Source of the DNA: Podarcis filfolensis
Taxonomy: Eukaryota
Reading direction: 5' to 3' (one strand)
Assembly (NCBI GenBank): GCA_964270895.1
Contig: OZ185442.1
Length of the DNA stretch: 64,000 bases
The notes under the pieces are model-generated. The model was not told the origin of the DNA. It was given only the letters and a program-made list of their open reading frames with translations, and did no database searches. Of this stretch, positions 19,501 to 29,279 are shown piece by piece. The translations under genes were made by a program, and so were the position numbers. Each line of letters starts with the position of its first letter. Within the stretch, counting starts at the first letter, position 1.

Positions 19501-22500
19501 CCCTGACTGGCACCCTGATGCAGATCCTTCACAAGCTGGAGCAAGCTCTTCAGGAACTGGGGGGCAGCAGTGATGCCATCACCATGGAGACGCCTCTCAT
19601 CAGCATCTATACACACAGGTAAGCTACCAGGCTTGCAGCCACTGGGTAACGGGGAAGGTAGGAAGCTTGACTGGTCTGGGAAGGGAAGGGAGAAAGATCT
19701 TGGCAGGAAGTGTCCAAGAGAAAAGGCCTTGAGGTAGCCATCTGCCCTTCCCTCATCATGGCAGCTGGCTCACATTTGCCTGGCTGTCCTGCAGATTGGC
19801 AACTCTCCTGAGGCACCCTGATCCCAGGCACCATCTGCTGTGCCCTGGCTCTAACCCTAACTCTCTTTGTCTCCCTGGCTCAGGGTGAACTCTTCCAGGC
19901 TGGGCAATATGGCGTTCTCCTTCCCTGGCAACCCATGGGCAGCCAGAGTCATTTTGCCAGAGCAGTCTGCGCTGGGCGCCGTCATGCCACAGAATATCCC
20001 AGTGGATGTGCAGGTCAGAGGGAGCAGGAGTGTGTGGCTGGCCCTCTCCTTTGGACTGGGCACAGGGGCCTTCCCTTTCCATGAAACGCAAACTCTCCTC
20101 TGGCATCTGCTGCTACCCCAGGAGGAGAAGGAAGGCAGAGAGCACCCAGGCAACGAGTCACTTGCTGTGCTGTGGAATGCATGGGGGCCCAGCACTCAGA
20201 AGTGACTTGGCTCCTTCAGATCAGCCTAATGATGCACCCAGAGGCATCTTCCCTCCCTCCCTCTTCTGGAGCCTCATGCTTCTGGGTTGGACTCCAAACA
20301 TTTCATGACACCCCCCTTGCCAACACCCCTGCAACCAAGGCCCCCTGACTTGGCCCCACTCAATCTACCTACCCAGTGCTTCCAACAGTAAGCAGCCATG
20401 TTTCCAAAAATGGGGAGCAGAGCGTGAGGGGGGGGAGCGCCCAGCCATCCTGCCGAGTGTGGCCATGTGGCCGAGCAGGCATGGCTGGTGGGTCAGGCCC
20501 CCTCAGCAGTGGCGCTGCCCTTTCTTCTTCTCTCCCTCTCTCTTTAGATGGTGAGCTTCCTGGGCAGCCCCTTTCCCCCGAGCTCTGGGGAAGGGGTCAC
20601 AGGAGCTGTAGCTGAACTGAACCTCCTTTCTGAGGGCAGCCAGATCAGCGTTAGCAACCTGAGCACCCCTGTCCAGGTATGTCCTGCCTAGAGACTTTGG
20701 GCTGAGTGGAGCCTTCCTCCCTGTAAGGGGGTGGGCTATTGAGCATCTCCAGAGGGCAAGGACAGCCCTCCAGGATCATTTCTCATGGCACGATCTCACA
20801 GTGTGGAGATCAGCTGGATTAGCCACCAGGTAGGCCAGCCGCTTAGCCTGGGAGAGCCTACAGTACAGGGTCTGGTCTCTCTGTCATCATCCTTCCCTCT
20901 CTCCCACCGCAGCTCACCTCCATCAGTGAGGCTGCCTCTGCTCCGGGTGAGAGCCTGAGGCAGCTGCTCATCTCACCGTGGTGGTGCAGTAGCAGCCAGT
21001 GACATCCTGCTCTCTTTTCCCATCCCAGATTTTCCTGCCCCGGGTTGGGCCTACAGCCCCTGCAGAGCCAGCTGCCTTCCTCTCTCCAGGGGAGGCCCTC
21101 CTTCTGACTGCGAACGTGACATGGACAGGGGGATCCCTGATGATCCACGCTCACCTGGACCCTGTGGGGCCTCTGGAGCTCTTCCTGCAGCCAAGCGAGC
21201 AACTCCGGGAGCCCATTGAGCCCAACGTTGGCCTGGGTATAGCAGGGGGACAGAAGAGCTGGCTTCTGCTTCCACTTTCGGCCTGGGGAGTGTGAGGACC
21301 TCTTCCTAAAATGGTTTCCCTTTTGTGTCCCCCCCCCCCGCCCCATCTCCTGCAGATGGCTACACTTGGCTAGTGAAGGAGGAAGTTCTTCGTGACCTGA
21401 GAGGAGCCCTTCAGTTCCTGGTGGTGCCACTGAACCTCTCTGCCAGCCAGGGTCCTGCCACCTTACATGTCAGCACCTATGGGATCCAGTGCGTCTCCCG
21501 GCACCTGCCTGATGCCCAGTGGCAAGAGGCAGGCTGCAAGGTGAGTCTTGGCGTTCAAGAAACAAAGGGAATCTGGGTACCTTGCGCCCCCTACTGCCAG
21601 AGGCAGGGAAGAATCAGAATAGCAGCCTCTGGTCCTTAATAACACTTCTATCCCATTTCAAGACCATACTACCTGTTTCTTTATTTAAAGCATCTGGATC
21701 TCTGTTTTGTGAGAAATATCCAAGGTGATCTGCTGCCCAGAAGTGCCCTTAATCCCACCCTGTTTGCAGGTAGGAGAGAGCAGCAGCCTGGCGGAAGTCC
21801 ACTGCCTCTGCACCCACCTCTCCTTCTTTGGCAGCAGCTTCTGGGTGGCGCCAGTCCAGCTGGATGTGGTGCGCACAGCAGAGTACTTTAGCCAGGTGAA
21901 CAAGAACCCAGTTCTGGTCGTGGTCCTGGGAGTCGTCTATGCCCTCTACTTGGTGGGGGTGGCCTGGGCCCGCTGGTTGGATACACGCCCCCTGCACCAG
22001 GTAAGTTGCTGGGGGGTGAGAGGGCCGGAGGTAAGGGGGGGGGGGCCTGGCAGCAAGCAGCACAAACTCACAGGCCCTTGGCAGCTCTTAGGTGGTGATG
22101 CTCCCAGAAGGGCAGGTCATGCAGCAACAGCCGTCATTTGGAGACTGAACTCTTGGAGGGTCTCCAGCTGCTCTCCCACACCATGTGGAGAGGAAAGGAC
22201 TCTGATCTCCTCACCCCCACCCCCACCCCTAAAGGGTGTGGCTGGCTAGGGACGGGGAAGGCTTCTTATTTGCTACAAATGGTCATGACTGCATTTTGCT
22301 CTCTATAAACATACAGCTGAGTGAGATGCAGCTAACTCTGTTCTGTCTAACGATTCCATGTGGATTTAAGGTTTGCACATCTCTTTGCCAGCAAAAGAGA
22401 TCCCCTTATTCTGGTCTTCACTGGGGCCACGTGGGAAGGACAACTGTATGTATGGGGCCTCAGTGCTCTCTGCTCTCCTGCGCTGCTCCGTGGCAGAGCA

Positions 22501-25500
22501 TGACCCTAGAAACGCCACCCCTCACACCCCTCTCCCTCTCCCAGGCAGGGCCAGTCCTCCTGTCCGATGATGATCCCTGTGCCCAGTATGGCTACCTGCT
22601 CCAGATCTGCCTGCATGGCCAGCAGAAGGCCCCCGGAAGCAGCCCATGTGTGAGTGGTCTGCCCTGAGTGATGGAGGGGGTGGAGTGGGGTGCCTGGTCT
22701 TTGCCCCAGAGCTCACCCAGCCCTTTCATCTCCAGCAGGTCTGCATCTGCCTGCAGGGATCGTCTGGTGTCAGCAAGCCTCGGCGCCTGCCCCTGGATGC
22801 CAGCCTCTTCCTCCTACGGGAGCCATACCCACTGGGAGAGCTCCAGAGCATTTGGTTGTGGCAGGAGCCCCACTCCGCCCCACAGCTGCCCTGGTCAGTC
22901 TGCCCAGAAGTAGGGTGGGTGACATCCCACTTGGAGACATTGTGCTGGCATGCGGACACTGCCCACCTCCCATGGCTTGGCTCTGGGGTGCCAGCCTGCC
23001 TCTGCTGGACATGCCACAATTCTCCCTCTCTCTGAATGGGGCAGAGGTGGTTATTGTGTCAGGGTGCCCATCCTCAGGTACCCTGAGGAGGTGGGGCTGG
23101 AGGGGGTCACCAGCACACCTGGCACTCGTCCAGCAGGGAAGCCTCTTGCTTCTGCCTGACAGGACTTTCTTCTAAGTGGGGCACTAAGAGCACCAGCCTC
23201 CTTCCTGGCACTCATTACCCATCCCCTTCCCTCAGGCATATCGCCCACATCACAGTGCGAGACCTGCAGCAAAGTAGGAGGTTCCATTTCTCTTGCCAGC
23301 CGTGGCACATCCCAGCAGCAGGGGCCCCACACAGCACTGCCCAGCATTTCCTAGCAGCTCCACAGCACCAGCCAACAGCATTCTGGTAGGCTTACCAAGA
23401 GATGGGGTCTGTTTGGGTGTTCTCAGCCCCCACCTGCCCACTGTGCATGAACTTAGCAGGGATCTCTGAACCGCCTCCTCCCAGGCAGAGCTAGAGACTC
23501 CAACTGTCTTCCTCCTCATAGCCTGGCCTTGGGTGCTGCTCCCACCCACCCATCTACTGCTCTCTCTGCAGGCCCATCTTCCGGCAAAGGACTCTGAGCG
23601 GTCTTCGGGAGGAGCACACAGTGCTGACAGTGCTACTGACCCGAACAGGCCACGGGCGGCCCGTCACGCGGGTCCAGGGCCTCTCCTGCGGCTTCTGCCT
23701 CCTCCTCTGCTCTGCCCTTGTGAGCCTCATGTTCTGGGAGGTGCCCCATGATTCACCCGAGCTCCTGAATGTTGGTAAGGGTTGTGCCACATGGGATATC
23801 TCCCAAGGGCCACTGGCATGGAAAAGGGGGCTGTGCAACTCCTCTGCTCCAACTCCTGCCAGTGGAGGAAAGTCCCTCTTGCCACAACTGGAGGGACAAA
23901 CACAGTCATACCCTTTGGGCCGGCAGGAGGGAGGTTCATGTATTAGGACTTTGGAAGAGCCTGGGTGCAGCTGGATCAGGCCAACTGCAGGTGGGATCTA
24001 GCCTAGCATCATGCTTCTCACACAATGGCCACCCGATGCCTCCTGGGAAGCCCACAAGCAAGGCTCCTCTCCTACATTTGATCCCCCACCCCCTGAATCC
24101 AGAGGTATCCTGCCTCTGATTGTGCAGGTAGCAGTTGGTGCCTCCTTCCAGCGTCCCTGGGGCACAAAGAGTGGTGGCTGGTAGGTCCACTTGCAGGCAC
24201 TTTCCCCCCCTGTTGATACACAGGCGGCTGCTTCTCCCTCTCCTGGAAGGACATCATGATCAGTGTGGAGAGTGCCTTGATTACCTTCCCCGTCAACTTG
24301 CTCCTTGTATTCATCTTCCGCCACGCTGAACCACGCAGGAGCCATGCAAAGCCCGGCCTGGCAACGTCTGTGCTCAGTGCCCCTGCCAGCCCAACAACCC
24401 TGGACACTGTGCATGAGGTAGGGACAAGAGCTCTCCAGGACCCAGGACATTTTCCCCATTGTGCCTCCCCTTGGAATAAGGTCAAGGCTGAGTTGGCAGT
24501 GGACAAGAACCCCCACCCGATCCCCAGCTACCTCTCCCTCAAGCCGCATGTCTCCCAGGATCCTTCTTGCACCAGTGAACTTGGTCCCAGGGAGACGTTT
24601 TTGCATTTGCAGATACAGCAAGCACTGGCTTGCCAGAGATTTTTCTCTGTGGCACTTATGGGATGGCTTTTAATAGGTAAGAGAGGATATGTTAATGGCA
24701 ATTTATCCCTCCAGGTGCCCACATTTGTGGGCTGAACATACAAAGAGATCAGCTTATCGCTTTGTTTAAAACACGGGGCTGAGCAGAGTTCAAAGTCTCA
24801 TCCTCAGCAGAAAAATAGAAAGCATAGGAAAATGCTGTGAAGCATTCATTAAATTCAGTCCAGCCACAAAGCAAGCTGGTTGCCCCTTAACAAAGAACCA
24901 GACACAGACTGAGAAGTAAGTTTAAAATATGTTTACTTATTCATAGTCATGCAATTGTTCTCAGCAGCAACAGCAGTAAAATAAATGCAGGCAAAATACT
25001 TATATTTACAGTATGAACAGCTTGAGGCATGTGGCCAATTCTGGAACGATAGGATATATGTCTGCTCCATCACTGGCTGAAGAGAAAAGAGAGAGGGAAG
25101 GAACAGGAAATACTTTGATTCTTCATTTCCAAGAGAGGAGGGAAAATGACCTCACACAGAACCGTCTCTACCAATTACATTTCTATGGTCCAAGTCTCTC
25201 TATCAATAATGTGACCCTATGGTCTTAACCCCTTCACATGCTAACTCACAAAAATATGCATTGTTAGATTTGGCTGCAAATCTCCCACAGCACTTCTCCC
25301 ATCTGCTACATCTTCTTGTGCCCAGCTTTGCCCACCTTACCCTCAGCCTGTTGGGTGCATTTGTGCCCCAGTTGCCTGCCACTCTCCCGTCTATCCGTGC
25401 TTGTCTTTCCCTCCCTAGAGCCTGCGCGGGGCAGTGGAGACGCTGAGCAAAGCCAGCAAGCAGAGCCAACAGCTGCTACATCCCGACATGAACCTTGAGG

Positions 25501-27013
25501 AGCTTCTGCAGTGGCTGGCTCGTTTTATCCACCCTGATCCTGGGGAGGAAGAGGAGGCAGCAGGTGAGAGCCCAGCCATGCCTGCCTGCCTGCCTTGGGC
25601 AGCACTGCTAGACCACCAGAGGATGGTGACGCTGCGGCTTCTGCTTGCAGGGAGGGAGCCCAAGATCTCCAGTGTGGCGCCCAGCCCTGATGCGCTGCAC
25701 CAGACCTACTGCAACCGCTACCTCCTCCTGAAGCTGCGGCACATCTCCCGTCTCCTGGGGGAGCTGGAACCAGGAGTCCCAACAGCCAAGCACCCTCCGG
25801 CTCTGCAGCAGCGCGTGGAGGAGATGGCCAGGCGTCTCGAGCTAGCAAGCCCCATCCGGTCTCGCTCCATGTAGGTAGCTCAGACAGGCTCTGTGAGCAG
25901 GCAGGGAAGCCTACCTTGCAGAGCCTCTTCCTCATGCCTTCCTCTTGTTCCTCCACAGCCGAAGGTGGCACTTGCCCTGGTGGGGCGCCTGGGTGGGGTG
26001 GGCCCTGCTGGTCTCCCTCAGCGCAGTGGCCACCTTCTTCTCCTTGCTCTATGGCTTCCACTATGGCAAGGAGAGCACCAAACGCTGGCTCATCTCCACT
26101 GCCATCTCCATGGGCCAGGCCCTCTTCGTCCTGCAGCCCCTCAAGGTACTTCCCAGCCAGGCTGAGCAAACCCAGCATTCCTGGGGGGCCTTCTCACGGG
26201 AGGTCGGGTTGCCAGACCTCTAAGTCTGATCTGAAGTCTTCAGGTTTGCCTAGTACCCTCCAGGTGGCAGGTGAAGGGCTTGAATCGTTAGATGGGTGAG
26301 AGTTCCAATGGTGTGTGTGTGTGTACACAGAAAACTGTGTATAGAGTGTGCACACTTTGGACCAGCAGGAGCTGGATGCAAATTATAGCACAGACACTCT
26401 GGGGGACTACCTCCACTCTTCTCCTAATTAACCTCTGTCTCTAGGACCCTTGTGACTATACCAGGGTCTGTGCCTCTGACACCACCAGGGGCAGCCCCTA
26501 GGTCTCAGGTCTGGGCCCTGAAATCTCAGGGTCTGTGATACTCCTCAACTGGCAACCCGTAGGGGAGGGGACATCTCAGCAGCAGCAGCAGAAATTACGG
26601 TGCACATACTTCTTCCTCATCTCAAGTATGTGTCTGCCACCTGCCTGCCTGTCTGCCTGCCTGGGACAGGTGTCTGGCATTGGAGCACTGCAAACACCCA
26701 CTGCATCTCCTCTTTTCTTCCCATGAATTTCAAGGGGGTGGGGGAGAATTTAACCAAAGCACCCTCACACATACACCAGTTTGTTGTGGTGTTTTGGCAC
26801 AAAGTGAGGGGCTTGGCTCATCTGGAGAAAGGGAAGCCTACAGATGCTCCCTCTGTTTTATGGATGGGGGGGGCAAAATGGCTGTGGATCCTGCCCATCC
26901 CTCTTCTTCCATGAAACCCACTGCAGGTGATAAGCTTTGCCATCTTCTGTGCCCTGATACTGAAGAAAGCAGAGGATGAAGATGAGGCAGCCCTGGACCT
27001 GGAAGACCGGTAA
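16572..27013 (+). CDS. Polycystin-1-like (PKD1L2/PKD1L3-related) 5-TM protein lacking the channel domain, ~1110 aa, 22 exons
   Basis: Exons: 16572-16881, 17258-17386, 17510-17595, 17897-17969, 18620-18675, 18895-18954, 19200-19361, 19491-19618, 19884-20013, 20548-20676, 21029-21236, 21356-21540, 21770-22000, 22545-22649, 22739-22893, 23236-23385, 23572-23774, 24224-24417, 25419-25563, 25651-25870, 25959-26145, 26927-27013. All introns are GT-AG and phases chain without a stop (3333 nt). Domains: signal peptide (LALLLWVLCSTA), C-type lectin (CYQL..AQAACGRWGGHLA...FICEF), GPS (CVSR..WQEAGCK/VHCLCTHLSFF), TM1, PLAT-like, TM2 (RVQGLSCGFCLLLC), TM3, TM4 (LPWWGAWVGW), TM5 (QPLKVISFAIFCALILKK), then stop. 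Small N-terminal exons 3-6 rest on splice/phase fit only. Confidence 0.8.
24836..25238. mobile_element. Solo LTR-like element in intron 18 of the 5-TM gene
   Basis: Termini TGTGAAG...CTTCACA (TG..CA, inverted). ATGCT occurs on both sides, overlapping the termini by 1 nt, so the TSD boundary is ambiguous. Confidence 0.55.
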
Positions 27014-27699
27014 AGGGAGGAAGGAGGCTTGCAGAAGTTGAAAGGCAGGATGAATTGAAGGAGGGAAAGGGAAAGGGGCCTCTCCAGAGAGGGTTGGGGC
27101 CTGGACTGCCTCCAAGTAGAGAAGGGCAAAGGTGGCACTGAGAATGCCCTGCACCCACTGCAGAAAACAAACTCAAGTTCAAAAAATTCCTTTCACGACA
27201 GTGGCCAGGCAAGAGGAAGGGTTTTCAGTACTACGTCTGTTCCCTCTTCCACCTCCCGTAAGGGAAGGTTATGCACACACAGAGAAGAATCACGCCTCTC
27301 CACTTTGGATTGGCATGACTAGGAGCCCACCTGGACCATTCCTCTGCTGCTTTGAGTGGCCCGGCAAGGCATGCAGACTTGGTGGAGGAATCCAGTTGCT
27401 GGTGTGGGCACCTCTGGTTGCCAAGAGCAGGTAGCCCAGGGCCCGCTCTGGGAGACTCAGAGGATGCAGAGTGGCTACACTAGGCATCTCCTGGGCTTGC
27501 TAAACAGGAAGGAAACACATTGAACTGAAGCCCCTGCAAGGGCAGGACTGGGACTGTCCCCTGTGGAAGGGGAGAAGATTGGGGAGGGACTAAAAGGTAG
27601 TGACTGGCATGTGCACAGTGGGGGTGGAGAGGAGTCACCACCCAGTGGCAGAGCAGCTGCTTTGCAGGCCCCCTGCCTTCCTAACTCTTGACACTCCCC

Positions 27700-27705
27700 A
27701 TTAAA
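27700..27705 (+). terminator. Candidate poly(A) signal (ATTAAA) of the 5-TM gene; alternative AATAAA at 28456-28461
   Basis: First hexamers I found after the stop at 27013. ATTAAA is followed by a U/GU-rich tract. Confidence 0.35.
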
Positions 27706-28803
27706 AAGATCTCGAGTAGTCTCTCTTTGCTCGTGGCCTTGAAACACCACTGCCAGTCAGACTAGAGCAGACATATTAGGTTACCAGTAATTTAACCATC
27801 CTAAGGGACACTGCAGCTCCAGGACTGGGGCCAAGGGAGTAGAAAATATGCTGGGAAGCAGTCCTAGGGCCCCATCCTGACCCACGTCTTCGACCTCTGT
27901 GATTGCAGGCTGTGCTCTTTCCAGTGATGGGAGGACATCTTTCTGCGAGGGCACCTTGGCTTTTGCCACACCATGTGCCCAAGACCTCCAATCAGCCTCT
28001 CCAACATGATGTCACCCACACCTGTACAAAGGCCAGGACCATCTCTCTGGAGGAACGGGAGGGCACAGCATGGGAGGGGGGCAGCGAAGTCCCATTCTGT
28101 AACCTGCCAATGGAGCCAACCCTGAACTCACTGAGTGTTGAAAGAGTTGGGATGCAACTCAGCTTGCTGAGGGTTCGCATGAGGTTAAAGTGGATAGAGA
28201 AGGGAACCTCCAAGATTGTCTAACTGCCCTTTGATCTCTGTGATGACCTTTCCTTTACTATTAGACTGATATTCTTAGGGTTCCTGACAGTGACCAAACT
28301 TCCTGCTTCCCCCTCTTCCTTCTGAAGCTGAAGGAGAGAGGACATCTATGGATGTATCTCTGCCGAGAGTAAAGAGCAAGCATGACTCCCTTGTAGCTTT
28401 AAGATTAATTAGCTAAAACTAGGAACTCTTTTCTATCCAAGTATATATTTCTTATAATAAATGGAGCTTTATTATATTCCAATTTTAAGTACTCTGTGTG
28501 TGATTGCAATGAAGGCAAGCCTCCTCTCCCCAGTAAGAAGTCCATGTGTGCTGTGTGCTATCTTGCAAAGTGATTCAGCACTAGGCGCGGCCCACACCGA
28601 ATAAATGGCAGGCTACAGTTCAGTGGTGTCCATGGAAGCTCTCTTTCACTCTCTGAGGACTTCATGATTGGCTTCTCAGGGGCCCAGGCCCAGATCCAGA
28701 CACCCATTCCCACTTCAAACGCCGTGGTGGCCCCCTGGCAGTGACATGCAGTAAATTGTAAAACCTCATGTGGCTGGCTGGAGGCTCGCCAGCACTTGTC
28801 CAG

Positions 28804-28985
28804 AAGAATCATAGAACTGTAGTGTTAGAAGGGACTGTGAGGGTCATCTACTCCTACCTCCTGAGGAATCCCACTAGCACAACCTCCCTGGAAGGAGGGT
28901 CCCTTCGCCTCCGTTTAGAAACCTCTAATGAAGGGGAGTCTGTCACCTTCCTGTCTGCCCCACTCCCCAACCCCTTGAAATCCCA
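28804..28985 (-). mobile_element. CR1-type LINE 3' end fragment
   Basis: Begins agaatcatagaa (reverse complement of the CR1 TTCTATGATTCT tail), followed by ...tagaagggac...gggtcatcta. Confidence 0.6.
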
Positions 28986-29279
28986 TTTCTTGTCACCCGA
29001 ACTGCTTGGTTATCATACTGTTCTTTGGAGCAAGAGGAATGGGATGTGCCACCTGGGCTCTCAACATTTGCGTGCCAGCGTGCCTTTTATGCAGCAGACA
29101 ATGCAGTTGCTCCTCCTTTCTTCCTCGCAGGGGTGCAGACAATGGCATCCTCTTCTTTGCAAACAAGAGGGCCCATCTCCAGCTGGAGCGCCAGGTGCTG
29201 CACCTGTTCAGCCTCTGGGTGTGGCGCTGCTCTGCTCCTCTTTTCAGCAGCTCCCTCACCTGCTTTCTCAGTTCTTGGG

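Noticed and set aside
20913-20946. Possible extra small exon in the 5-TM gene
   Set aside because: Phase 0 in and phase 1 out would break the frame between two phase-0 junctions, and PKD1L3 has no counterpart.
23036-23175. Hydrophobic ORF segment as candidate exon 16 of the 5-TM gene
   Set aside because: Available acceptors give stops; the exon at 23236-23385 fits the phase and is homologous to PKD1L3 exon 15.
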